IMG/VR virus record: IMGVR_UViG_3300042860_003997
Length of the DNA stretch: 64,000 nucleotides
DNA from: an uncultured virus (IMG/VR IMGVR_UViG_3300042860_003997)
Lineage: Duplodnaviria > Heunggongvirae > Uroviricota > Caudoviricetes
Direction: 5' to 3' (one strand)
Position 1 is the stretch's first letter. Each line of letters opens with the position of its first letter. The notes under the pieces were generated by a model. The model made no database searches and had not been told where the DNA came from. It was given only the letters and a program-made list of their open reading frames with translations. Positions 40,843-53,400 of this stretch are shown in pieces. A program made the translations under genes and the position numbers.

Positions 40843-42681
40843 CTAAGCTAAAAATGGTGGTATAGAACAGCCAGTAGTGCCACAAATATATGCTATATTA
40901 ATAGTAAAAGATCCATCTATTGGATTTCTTGTATATTGTTTTTGTGTTATAATATATGTGCCTGCTGGTGGTAATGTGACTGGTAAATATCCCATATCAT
41001 AACATCCTAAACTTAATTCTTTAGTAATTTCACTAACAATATCCAAATTAGTAGGTTGTCCAATTTCACTACTATCTATTCCTTGTATGGTTAAAGACAC
41101 TGTTTTTGATGTATAGGTTCCTAATTCTTGTACAATTGGGCAATTATAACTATTAGGAATATTAAAAACGGCCAAAACTTTGGTAGGATTAGTGGTCTGT
41201 ATTGAAATATCACTAAATTTTTTACCACAAGCTTTGCTTTTACTATACTCTATACTATAATTAATAGTACCAGCATTATAATCATGTGTCAAGTTAAAAG
41301 ATATAGGATGTGGTGCATCAGGGGTGCAATCGTTGGGATTTGGTGAAGTATTGATTGCGGCTAAGGTTATACCTAGTGCTGTCTTAAAAGATGGTTTTAA
41401 ATCTCTTTTTCCACACTCTCCTAAACCACCACCATAATCAGAATCACTATAAATTTGATCTAATAAAGCTTTAGCATTGTTATATTTTGTGGTTGAAGGA
41501 TTATTGGCTATTAAAATTGCACCATTAGATGGTAGTTGGATAGGCTGATTAATTCTAACTAATCCTCCTTCAATTAAGCCCTCTATAGTTCCACTTATAC
41601 TAATACTAGTATTATTTTGTCCTGTGCGTTCTGTTGTGGTGGCAACTGATTTAGAAACTGTATGACGAGTATTTTGAGAACTCCAGCTAGTATTTCCTAA
41701 TCTACTTTTAACAATAGCTGAGTATGTTGCAGAAAAAGAGCCTGCGGACTCTGATGCTTCACATGTAATTTGCTCATTAAATATATTATATTGAGCATCA
41801 TTCATACCTTTTAATAATCCACTTCCAGATCCCGGCGCTAAGATATCATCTAATCCATCAGAGCTTACACATGCAGAGCTATATGAGTCTTTAATAACAT
41901 TATTAATAAGATTGGTAACCTGATTATATAATCTATCTTGAACAAAGTTTTTTGCTTGCTCCCAAGCTGGTAAAATTGTTGAGTCGCCGGTATCTTCATT
42001 AGTATAGTTAAAAACATGTTTACCAACAGCATTAATTGTATATTCTATATTAAAACTATGATTATTAATATTTAGATTAGTATTTAGTTCATTATTTTTA
42101 ATTTTAGCAAAAGATTCATTCTCATCAAAGCTAAATGACCAACTATCACTAAAAGATTTAATCTTATAATTAGTAATATCTAATATACCAGAAGTATTAT
42201 ATGTCGATGGGTCCAAGAAAATAGACGAGCAATCTTCTACAGCATCTCCAAAATCTATGCTATGAAACTCTAAAGAAGCTGTATAGTTTGCAAAATGTGT
42301 CCAATTATTAGAAGATTCATCAACACTAAATGAACGTAAAATACCACCCTTAGCTTTTAGAATAGGATTATCTTGACCATCAACAACATGTAAAATACTC
42401 CCATTTTGACTTAATGTTTTGCGTAACTTATGTATTTGATCTAATACAGCGCCGGTATTATACTCTGATGGTTCTGGTATGGGATCTCCATAGTTTAGCG
42501 AACGTAGATCTAATGATGTTGCAAAACCTGTTAGATTTACTATATATGTATAGCCAATGATAGTATCATTACTATAGTTATATTCTATAGAAATAGACAT
42601 ATTAGGAGCTGGAATTAATCTATTATCTGATATTAGTTCGCCATAAAAAATCTTAGTTTCCGGCTGATAAATTGATGTCAT
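40843..42681 (-). CDS. Putative distal tail protein, paralog 2
   Basis: Collinear motif similarity to 42678-44402; ATG overlaps the upstream TGA. Confidence 0.6.
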   Translation of the reverse strand: MTSIYQPETKIFYGELISDNRLIPAPNMSISIEYNYSNDTIIGYTYIVNLTGFATSLDLRSLNYGDPIPEPSEYNTGAVLDQIHKLRKTLSQNGSILHVVDGQDNPILKAKGGILRSFSVDESSNNWTHFANYTASLEFHSIDFGDAVEDCSSIFLDPSTYNTSGILDITNYKIKSFSDSWSFSFDENESFAKIKNNELNTNLNINNHSFNIEYTINAVGKHVFNYTNEDTGDSTILPAWEQAKNFVQDRLYNQVTNLINNVIKDSYSSACVSSDGLDDILAPGSGSGLLKGMNDAQYNIFNEQITCEASESAGSFSATYSAIVKSRLGNTSWSSQNTRHTVSKSVATTTERTGQNNTSISISGTIEGLIEGGLVRINQPIQLPSNGAILIANNPSTTKYNNAKALLDQIYSDSDYGGGLGECGKRDLKPSFKTALGITLAAINTSPNPNDCTPDAPHPISFNLTHDYNAGTINYSIEYSKSKACGKKFSDISIQTTNPTKVLAVFNIPNSYNCPIVQELGTYTSKTVSLTIQGIDSSEIGQPTNLDIVSEITKELSLGCYDMGYLPVTLPPAGTYIITQKQYTRNPIDGSFTINIAYICGTTGCSIPPFLA

Positions 42682-44402
42682 GAACAACTCCTAATCATAT
42701 ATTCTAATGAAATAGAATAAGAACCATCTAATTTATTTACATTATAATCCTCTTTAGTTTTTACCCAATTATTATTTTCAACTAATAAGTTTTGAAAATT
42801 TTTAATATTAAAATATGGAATACCACTACATATGTCTGTTATTTCACAACCCTTATTGCTTTCTGACCAACCTTCTATATTAACAGATACTGTGCGTGCT
42901 GTTTTCATATTTAGTTTTTGTATTAAAGGCCCCTGAATTCTACCTGGTATAATAAATTCTTGCACAATATCAACAGGATCTTGTCTTGTTATACTAACAT
43001 TAGTATAACCTTTCTCTAAAGCTGTCACTAAAGATTTTTCATATGTTGCATTATAAGATAATGTACCATCGGTGTAATTATGGTCTAATGTAAAATTTGA
43101 TGGCGAAGGTAGACCATCAGTACCTTTAATTAATAATTGACTCTTAGTTATATTTAGTGTAGATTTAACTGAATCATATAGATCAGTAGTGCTACCAATT
43201 GTACCATAAAAACTTAAAGCATTACTGTATTTCGTTTCTGCTCCATCTACTGAAGTAATAAACGTACCACTTTGAGGTAAAATAAAATCATTACCAGCAT
43301 AATATATAAAACCTCCTCTTACTAAACCTTGAATATTACCTTGAATAGCAATGGTAACTTCTGTAGTTTGGTCAGTGCTTGTTGTAATATTTTTAGTATA
43401 TGTATGTAATGCGGCATTAGCTAATGGGTTTTTAGAACTATCATATTGTTTAACTAGTGCTTCATATGTCACAGAAAAGGATCCATCTGCTTCTGAACAA
43501 TCACATGATATTTGCTCATTATAAATATCATAAACTGGTAAGCCACCATCTCGTAATGTATTAAAACCCTGTAGTAAACCACTCTGTCGTGGAGATGTAT
43601 TATCTGTATGATGCAGCTGATCTAAGCTCTTAGTTGCTGAACAGCCACTATCACTATCTATTTGTAAATTACCATTAATTAAACTATATACTTGTTTATA
43701 TAATTTATCTTGTACAAATAATCTAGCTTGTTGCCAAGCTGGTACTAGATTATCATTTATATGATAATTTTTACCCGTGGCCGAAATATTATAGTTAACT
43801 CTAAAAACACCATTAGTATTTTCATATATTTTATTATCTATAGTAATAGTCCATCTATCAGTAAATTCTTTAATTTTATATTGTTTAATATCTATAAGTT
43901 TATCAGCAATATTTTTTGCATTATTAATTTGATGAAAAATACTACTATTGCAACCTATGGTGTCATTACCATCACATCCTATAAAATCTACCTCATTAAA
44001 TTCTAACTCAATAGTAAAGGGCGCATAATTGACCCATCTATTATCAGATTCACTAAATTGTATACTTTTTATTGTGGCGCCTTTAGCAATCAGTAGATTC
44101 TGTGATCCTTGTTTGATATAAAGATTGCCTCCGTTCACATTAAAGATTGCTCTTAAATCACCCATATGTGTAATGGTATCTGGTAAGCCAAAATCTGTGG
44201 ATCCAGCGTCTAGTTCTTTTCTTAAGGCATTTGCGTAACCATTTAATGTGATATTATATGTATATCCAATAACATTATCATTAGCATAGTAAATTTCTGG
44301 ACTAATACTAATAGATGGTGCTGGTGCTATCCGATGTATTATTCCTGGACTTTCACTTTGTTTACAATAATAAACTTGTAATTGAGTATTATATGATGCC
44401 AT
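42678..44402 (-). CDS. Putative distal tail protein, paralog 1
   Basis: Immediately after the tape measure gene; beta-rich. Confidence 0.6.
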   Translation of the reverse strand: MASYNTQLQVYYCKQSESPGIIHRIAPAPSISISPEIYYANDNVIGYTYNITLNGYANALRKELDAGSTDFGLPDTITHMGDLRAIFNVNGGNLYIKQGSQNLLIAKGATIKSIQFSESDNRWVNYAPFTIELEFNEVDFIGCDGNDTIGCNSSIFHQINNAKNIADKLIDIKQYKIKEFTDRWTITIDNKIYENTNGVFRVNYNISATGKNYHINDNLVPAWQQARLFVQDKLYKQVYSLINGNLQIDSDSGCSATKSLDQLHHTDNTSPRQSGLLQGFNTLRDGGLPVYDIYNEQISCDCSEADGSFSVTYEALVKQYDSSKNPLANAALHTYTKNITTSTDQTTEVTIAIQGNIQGLVRGGFIYYAGNDFILPQSGTFITSVDGAETKYSNALSFYGTIGSTTDLYDSVKSTLNITKSQLLIKGTDGLPSPSNFTLDHNYTDGTLSYNATYEKSLVTALEKGYTNVSITRQDPVDIVQEFIIPGRIQGPLIQKLNMKTARTVSVNIEGWSESNKGCEITDICSGIPYFNIKNFQNLLVENNNWVKTKEDYNVNKLDGSYSISLEYMIRSCS

Positions 44403-44415
44403 ATGTTTATCCTAT

Positions 44416-47400
44416 TTAATTCTTAGTTTCGCCCTTGGTTCCTGATGGTTGTAGATCTGGTATAAATTTCTTAATGTCTTTACGTAATTCTTCGATCTTT
44501 GGAGCAATTAATGCTACTGCTAGTTCTTGTAAGCGTTTTTCAAGCGTAGCTATAGATGCCGCCCCTGTCATATTGACTTCTAATTTATGATTAATATCAA
44601 CCTTACCTTCGATTGGTGGGAATTGATGATTAACTAATTTATCAACATAAGTAGCAAAAGAACTATTAAATGTGGTAAGTCCTGCTAGACTCTTAGGATC
44701 AATAGATAGTAAACCACCATTCATTCCATTAATATTATTTCTATCCCCTTGTGCTCCACCATCTAATGATCCTCTATTTTCAGTAGTTTGAACCTGACGA
44801 GTATATTCTACTGGCTTAGGTATATTAGATGGTACTGGTGTTGGATACTGACTTAATATATTTTGTTCTGCTGTTTGCCCATTTCTATGAACAGATAGAG
44901 CATTGCTTTCTTGTGGCGTTAATGTTTCTCCAGCATCTTGTCTACGTTGTAATTCAGACATTTTTTGATTATGTTCTTGAGCCATTGCGCCAGCTCTATT
45001 TAAGGCTTCTTGTTGTTGGGGATTTAATGCAGTAGCTGTTGGCATTGCCATTCTATTATCTTTATCAAATTGTGTTGGTTGGCTCGTACCAATAACTGTC
45101 ATTTTTCCATTAGTAGTATCATTAATATTTTTAGTAGCATATCCTTGACTAGATATTTCACGATCTCTTTCAATAGCTTCTAGCTTGTCTCCTAAGCCAG
45201 CTTCTTTTTCAGCCTTAGTCATTAGTCTAGCACGAGTTTTTGGATTTTGTTTTAATAGATATTCCTCTCTCTTCTTAACTTTTTCAGCTTGTGCTATATT
45301 TCTTAATTCAAAAGTACTAGCACTAATAACACTATCATCAGTAGCAGATTTCTTACCCATTCTTGCTCTTTTTCTAGCATCCTTAAGTTCGTTTTGTACA
45401 AATGCTTTTCTTTCTGGTGTTGGAGCATATTGTTTTTCAGCGCGTGTTACGTAGTCTTCGCCTAGAGTAAATTCATTAGTTTTTTCTTTTTCTGCTGGAG
45501 CAACAACTTCGGGTTTTACTTCTGGTGTTGGAATAGGAGTTGGTGCCATATCTGTTGGCGGTATAACTCCTGGAGGTGTTGGTGCGGCTATAGGTGCTGA
45601 TGGTGTCAAAGATGTGGGTGATGTAATTTTTTGATTGAGTGCATTATAATAGTCTTTAATAGCGGCTAATATTTGAGTTAATAAATCACATTCACAACTG
45701 GTAGTTGCTGTTGGAACATCCATACCATCAGCAGTTTTAAGATTAAAAGCATTAGGATCAGTAAAGTATTTAATAATATCTTTATTATTCGTATCGAGTT
45801 TAGCATCTGCCAATTTTGACATACCTGGGGACTTAGTCTTAAAGAATGATGTTATATAATCCTTGCCCTTAGCTAAACTTTCATTAGGATTAAGTAGTGT
45901 TGTGGTAGCTTTTTGGGTCACATTTTTCATCTTATCTGTGTTAGTTAAAGTATCATAAATAGATGTTGCACCCTTTTGTAGTGCTTGTCCAGCACCTTCT
46001 GATATTTTCTTAAGAGATTCATTATCTATCATTGAGGCAGCGGCACCGGCAACGCTTGAGCCACCAACAAATTTTTCTAAAATTTTAGCTAAATGAATAT
46101 CATGAGTATAAATACTACCCGGCTTAGTTGCTTCATTAGCCATCTGCTCCATTGCAGATAATGGTTTACCAAGTTGAGATTCTCTAAATTCAAGTTCTTG
46201 TTGAACAGCATCTGAGAAGCCCTTGGGGTCGGCATTGCTGCTCCAGTCCCATGTTCCTTTCTTCTCTTGTTTTCTAGCTCCCATTCTATCTTGCGGTAAT
46301 GCTTGAATAGTTGCTTCTCGTTTGGCTATCAATTCATCTAATGAGCCAACGCCTAATGAAGATTCTGATACATCGAATGTTTTAGCAAAATCAGCTAATG
46401 AACCACCGCGATTTTTAATTTCTTGAGCCTTCTTAAGCTCTAGTTTATTTTGAGCTTCTTCCATAGCTCTATTTTGTTCTATCATAGGTAAGGCATTTAG
46501 TGCCTTGCCTTGTTCTCCTCGTTGTTCGGCTCTAATGTCTTTGCCTTTTTGTTCAATTCTTTTTGTTTTAGCTTCAGCTTCAACAGTATTAGATACATCG
46601 CTATATAAATCTTTAATAACATATCTAGCTTCTACAATTTTACCAATAGGATCCATTAAACCTTCTAACGCGCCATATAAACTATCAGTAATAAAACCAG
46701 TATAATCTCTAGTCTGTGCTCGTTCTAGCCCAGTATCTGATTTATCTTGCATCTTCTGAGAGTATTTTGCTCGATCCATAGCAAATTCAAGAGCATTAGT
46801 TATGCCACTAATAACTGTATTTAATGCTAAGAATCCTGATGTGCCACTAACACCAGCTCCAGCCTTGGCTAATCCTGGCATTTTACTAGCAACACCAGTC
46901 TGATTAGCAATTTCTAAAGCGCTGGTTGCTCCATATACAACATCTTGTGCTGTGCCTTGGCCACTAGCAATATTTGCAACGCTTTGAGCAACGGTAACAA
47001 CTTCGTCTAATGATGAAGCCGCATCAACTACAGCACCAGCTGCTTTTGTGGCTGATTTTGGTAGTGATGCTTCAGTTTTAGGAGGAAATTGGCCAACTAT
47101 TGTTTTTCCAGGAACTGGTGGTGGTACAATATCTGGTTTAACTTGAGGTTTGGGAGCTTCAGGTGGTGGAAATTGGCCAACAATTGTTTTACCAGGAACA
47201 GGAGGTGGAGTAACTGAAACTTTGGGTTTGACATCTGGAGTGGGCGTGGCCACTACTGGTTTTTTTGGAGTTGTGCCTTGCTCTGCTTTCGTACGTTTAG
47301 CTTCAATCCTTTTTCTTTGAGCATCAATATCTGCTTGTGTTTTAGGAGCGCGACTTGCTTCTCCACGAACACCATCTGAATCATAACGAGCATTTTTTCT

Positions 47401-50400
47401 AGCATTTCCAGCAGCGCGAGATCCTGCTGATGGAGCGTCAGAACCACCAAATCCAGTTCTTCTGCGACGGCCACGAACCATATCCACAGCGCTTCCTATA
47501 GCATTACCAATACCACCAGCAGATTGTATGGTTTTGTATGCTGCTATAGCACCAACTAATGCTGTAATAGTACCGGCCAAAGTATATATAGCTGTAGTAA
47601 GATTAGATATACTTGTGTTCACATTTTCTAAGCCTAAAGATAAAGGATCTTTATCCTTCGCCTCTGCATCAAGTTGTGCTTCGGTTTTAACTAGTGTATT
47701 TTCTCTTGGTTTTTCTGTTGGTGGAGTTACCACAGCTTCTGCTTCTGTTTTGGCTCTTTCTAAAATTGATCGTGGTGCTTCATTTCTTGCTTGTAGTGCC
47801 TCTGTTGCTGCTTGTTTAAAAGTTTCGGCAGCTTGAACAGACGAGGTGGCTAAAAGCCTAGCAGCGTCCTGTTGGGCCTGTACAGCAGCGTTATAAGCAT
47901 CTATAAATTGTTGCTGCACTGGATCTTTACCTTCTGCCCTCATCCTTAAAGCTTGTCTAAAGGTCATTTCTTTAGTAACTGCCCTTTTTTGTCCAGTAGC
48001 GGGATCAATTTCATCGGCAGTATATAATGCACCTGTACTTCTATCCAACATATCTGATCCACCAGGCATAGCATCAATCATAGCTTCACTCATCTTAGCT
48101 TGCATCTGATTGAACACACTATCTGGTAATAGTCCCTGCATTTCTTGCAAACCACCAAACGCCTGTTGTCTAAATTGTAGACTATTAATATCACCAGCCG
48201 TAGCTTTACCGCTCACTAATTTAGTATATGCAGCTAGTCCTTTATTCATCTTATCCAATTCAGTAGCATCACTGGTTAATACTTTTTGCAAAAAGTTTAC
48301 AGATCCTGCTGCCACCTTCTGTTGCTCTTGTAGTCTTTTTAATGCATTAGCTGCTGCTGAACCATCGTTTGCTAGCTCTTCTAATGCTTTTCTACTATTA
48401 TTAATAGCATTGTTCTGTTTTGCAATTAGTGCTAGCTGTTCTGCTTCTGCTGGGGTTCCTTTGACTTTGTCTAATTCAGCATACATACCTGTAGCTGGTT
48501 TATTTTCCGTTCCTGCTTGACCTAATTCTGCTATAGCGGCGGTCATTGTGGCAAAAATCTTATTAGGATCTAAAGAGCCTCCTTGTATAACACCACTAGT
48601 TAAACCTAAAATTCTTTGTTGTTGTGGTGCATTTTGTTCAGCTAAACTTAATGTTTTACCTAAAGTTTCCGCTAATTGAATATCTGCTCTGGCTCTAATA
48701 TCTGTGGCCCTTAATTGCCATTCAGTAGCTTCATTGAGAGCTTTTCCATATTGATTCATTAAATCGGTCACGGTTTGTGTAGCATCATTATATTGTTTTT
48801 GCAAAATTTGTGAAGTTTTTAAGGCTTCACCAGTTGTTTTAGATGCTATTCCAACAATATCCAACTCTTCTGCTAAATCTCCAATAGAACTTTCTTCTCT
48901 TCCTTGTAGTTTACTTTGTAGCTCTTGTTCAATAGAATCAAATAATCCAGCCGGTGCTGTTAATTGAGCTTGTGCAAACATTTTTTCTAGTTCGTCAACT
49001 ACACCACCAACATTTTGTCCAGTAGCCCCTTTTAATAGTTTGGGTAACTGATCTGTTAATAACTTATTTGCTTTAATTTGATCTGCTAATCTTTTACCCT
49101 CTTCACCCCCGCCAGCAATAACTGCCGTTTGTTCAGCCACAGATGCTACTTCATTAGATGAATAAGCACTTATATTACCTAGGACTTGTTCACTACGTCT
49201 ATCTACATTAGTAATGGAAGCCTGACCCATTAAAACATTAGCCGCATCATTAGCTCTATTTTTAATAGTATCTATACTTTGTCCAAGTCTTTCTAATCCT
49301 GCTTGCATTCTTCGATACATATCAATCAAATTATCAGATTGTACCGATACGTTTCTCATAGCATCGGCAACTAGTTCTTGTTTGAGTGCAGCTTCTTCTT
49401 GAATAGCTAATGCTCTTTTACCTTCTTCTATTAATTTTTGTTCACCTCCTGGCATTTTTAATTCTTTAGATACGTCTCTGCCCTGCTGTTGTGCTTCTTT
49501 CATTCCAGCAGCTTTAAATATGGAGTCTGCACTAGCACCTTGTGCTCTGAGTTGTTGATATGCTTGACTTCCACGAGCTAAAATTTCATCTCTAGCTTTT
49601 TGTCCAGCTTCTGTTTTTATGCCCCCAGCATCCTCGGCTGCTTGATTAGCCTGTGATAATAATCCTTGTATTTGAGCTAATGGAGCACCAGATCTATTAA
49701 TATCTCCCAGCCTATTAGCGCTATCAAAAGCCCTTTCTATTCCAGCTACTACAGCTTGTCTAGCTTCAGCTTCTTGATTACCTCCAGTAACACTGGTAAC
49801 CAAACCACCAATAAGAGGAAGATTTCGCGTAAATTCCAGCCAATCTCTAGCACTACCACTAGCACCAAACTGAGCTTGTTGTCCAACATTTTCTAAATTT
49901 CGTAAATCAGCACCCAGTGCAGATTTTACATTTTTAATGTTAACATCGCTAGCTTCTATAGATAATCTTTTAAGTGCTGCCGATAAATCTCCACTAGTTT
50001 TTTCTAAAGCCTTAAGATTATTTTCTAATTTCTTTTGATTAAATGCCTCAAAGGCTCCGCTTATACCACCAACAACAGCTCCAGTAATACCAGCAATCAT
50101 TGCTCCTACAGGACCAGCTATTTGCATACCCAACAAAGCACCACTAGCTAAACCTTGACCAGCACCACCAATACCTCCAGCCACACCAGCAGCAGTAGTA
50201 CTAGTCGCATACTGACTACCTAATAGAGAAGGTAATTTTTCACCTAGTATTGCTGTAGCAGATCCGAGCGCTACTAGTGGGCCTCCTATAGCATCTAATT
50301 TATCTCCAATAAAACCACCAACTTTACCAAAACTTTTTTCTAGTTTTTCGGATAGTCCTTTACCACTCAAAGCATTAGCCAAACCAGTAAATCCCTTACC

Positions 50401-53400
50401 AAAACCAGTTTTAGATAATTTTTCTAGTTTATCAGGAATTAACTGTGCTAAACGACCAAAATTTTGGCCAGCATCACTCTGAATAAATTGTTCTTGACGA
50501 ATTCTATTAGATCCTACTCCTCTTTGAAGCGCTTCAGAACTCATTCCAGCTTCTTTAGCTACTAACTTCAATGCTTCTTGAGTAGCTTCTCCTTCTTTAT
50601 ATACTTTAGAAAATACATCCGCTACATCTTGACTTTTCTTTTTAATAGCATCTAAAGATAATCCATCTCTTAATCCTCTTACTATAGCCTGTGCTGTTTT
50701 CTTAACTTCATCAGCAGATTTAGAAGGATCTATTTCTTGAATCTGATTACTAAAATCTTCTACTGCTTTTTTAAGAATATCTTTATTATTACTACCCTTT
50801 AATTCATCAGCCTGACCTAAGACACTATATTTTAGTCCTGTTTGTTTATTTTTTAAATTAGTCTGTAAATCCCTAGCTCTTGAAACAACTTTAGTTGCTA
50901 ATGTTTTACTAAATTGACTAACTGTTTGACCAGCCTCTTTGGCTTTATATGCAAAAAACTCTGCTTGTTCTGCCGCTAATGCTAGTTTATTCTCTGTGGT
51001 ATATTTCATTAAATCTTTGGGCCAAGGTTGTGGTGAACCTCCAGCACCAAATTTTTGTATCATACCAACAGAACCACCCTTATTATATCCTTGTAGTTTA
51101 TCTGCTTTATTTAATTTATGTAATTTATTATATCCTATGCGTTTAGCAGCTTTTTTATTAATAACAAATTCACCAGGAGTTAACAGAGCTGGTACAGTAT
51201 CTTCTGCTGATCCTCCCTTAGCAAATTTTTTGATACTACCACCATTATTACGCATATTACCAGCCAACACAGCTTGTGTCATGAATGATACTTTTTGAGA
51301 ATCCAAAAATTGTTTATATTTTGGATCATTCATATTAATAATTTCTGAACTATTTATTAATTCAGCGTTCTTACTATATCCACTTTGTAAAATCCAGGCT
51401 GGGTCAGTTGATGGTGGCCATGTTTCTTTCTTACCGTATAATTTTGGATCTATAAGACTTTGATTCTTAGTCCATTGTGATGGATCTAATGGTGTCTTTT
51501 TAACATCTCCTCGATTATTAAAATAATAATCCCAAACAGCACGAGCAGCACCACTAACACTATTTCTATCTGATGTAAGCATACCACCAGCAGATGTTGC
51601 AGCTTCCATAACAACATCATATAATCTAGGACCATAACCCTTAGTAGCTTTAGATAATCCTACAGTATATAAATTATCAGCAGCTTTTTTAGCAGTAACA
51701 AAGCCCTCTCGTGTTTGATTTTTAAAATAGGTGGCTGTTATTTCTGATCCATCAGATCTAAGACCAATCTTACCAAATTCTTTTTCTTTTTTCTGTGGTA
51801 AGTTTTGCTCTTGAGATCTATTACCATATAATCCACTCATTAAAGAAGACATTTCCCCTGTGGCTTCTGCTAATCCGCCTAAAGCAAACTTTTTCTGTTT
51901 TTTCTTTAATAAAGATGGATCAATATTTGGACCATAAACATATTGTAATTGATTAGCCATTTTATCAGCTAGTGCTGACAGTTGTTCTAAATTAGAAGCT
52001 TGTTGAAAATCAGCATAATTACCAACATTATCTCCTTCTTGTTTTAGGCCACCTAATATATTGTAACCAAAACCACGTTTTCTTTTACTAATTCTAAAAT
52101 TAATTTGTGGATACTTATCTAGAATTTGTTTCCTGACATCTTCAAAAGATGGACCAGTGGCTTTACCGCCAAAAGCAAATTTAGCAAAATAGTTTTTAAA
52201 ATTATCTCTGGCTTTGCTGAGTCCTCCCTTAACATCTCTTTTAACTTCTGTAGGAATATTTGGGTCTATTCCGAATAGGCTAGCAGCATTTCCCAAACCG
52301 GATGCATAGTCTACCGATCTATCGTCTAATTTACCAGGATTAGCTCCAGCTTTTGCTAAAATAGCTTCAATCATATATCCTTCTAGATTACCTAAACCTA
52401 AACCTTCTTTAGTAGTAGTACTAAGATCCTGGCCAGATGTTCCATAGAGAGATGCTGTAGTTCTACCTAAAACTGCATCTATTTCTTTTCTCATTTGATC
52501 AACAATACCAGCCTTATCCTGTGTCAAACTCTTCATTTGAATTGCTACAATACGATCACCAATTTGTTCATATAGCAATTCATCCACACCAAAAGGAAAC
52601 ATACCAACTAATCCTAGTTTAGTAGCGCTAGCTTTTTCTGCATCTGTGAATATCCTTGGTCTTTTTTTATTAGAATTAGCAATTTCCAGTAATTCTTGTA
52701 TAGTAGATAGGTATGGTTTACTTCTATCACTTAATAAAAAGTTCTTTTTAAAGATTTCTTTACTTGTAGCTGGCTTATCGCTAGTCTGAACGGCTTTTAA
52801 TTTTTGATCTATAAAAGAAGAGCCTCCAGCAAGTCCTCTAACATCTTGTGGATTACCTAATTCTAGTATTTGTGCATATAAACTATCTGCTGATAAAGAC
52901 TCTGCTACTCCACCAGCCATAAATTTTTGTACTGGTCCACCATACATAAATCTTTTAGCAGCCATACTGCTTACTAATTTATCTATATTTGCAGCAGAGT
53001 AATCAAAATCATCGTAATTCTCAAGAGCTTTATTAACTGCTTGGCGTAGTCTGGTATTATGAAATGCTTTATCTAAAGAACCACTACCTCTAACAGTTTT
53101 ATAGTCTGTTAATATTGGATCTTGTAAAGATTGTAATAAATAATTGTCTATAGCAGATCCGGCTTTGATTGCTGTCCAGTTTTGTTCTCTTGCTGCTACT
53201 TCGTCTGACTGTCTAGCAACTTGAGATTCTAATGCATTTTGTCTATTAGAAACATCATTATTTTTAGTAATTTTTGCTGGTTGACCAAAACGAGCTATTT
53301 TTTCTTTCCAAAATCCTCTTTTACCAATATATGATGTGAGATATTGGTCTAGTTCTGGAATAATTTTTTCTTTTGGAACCTCTATAAACTCATGTCCAAC

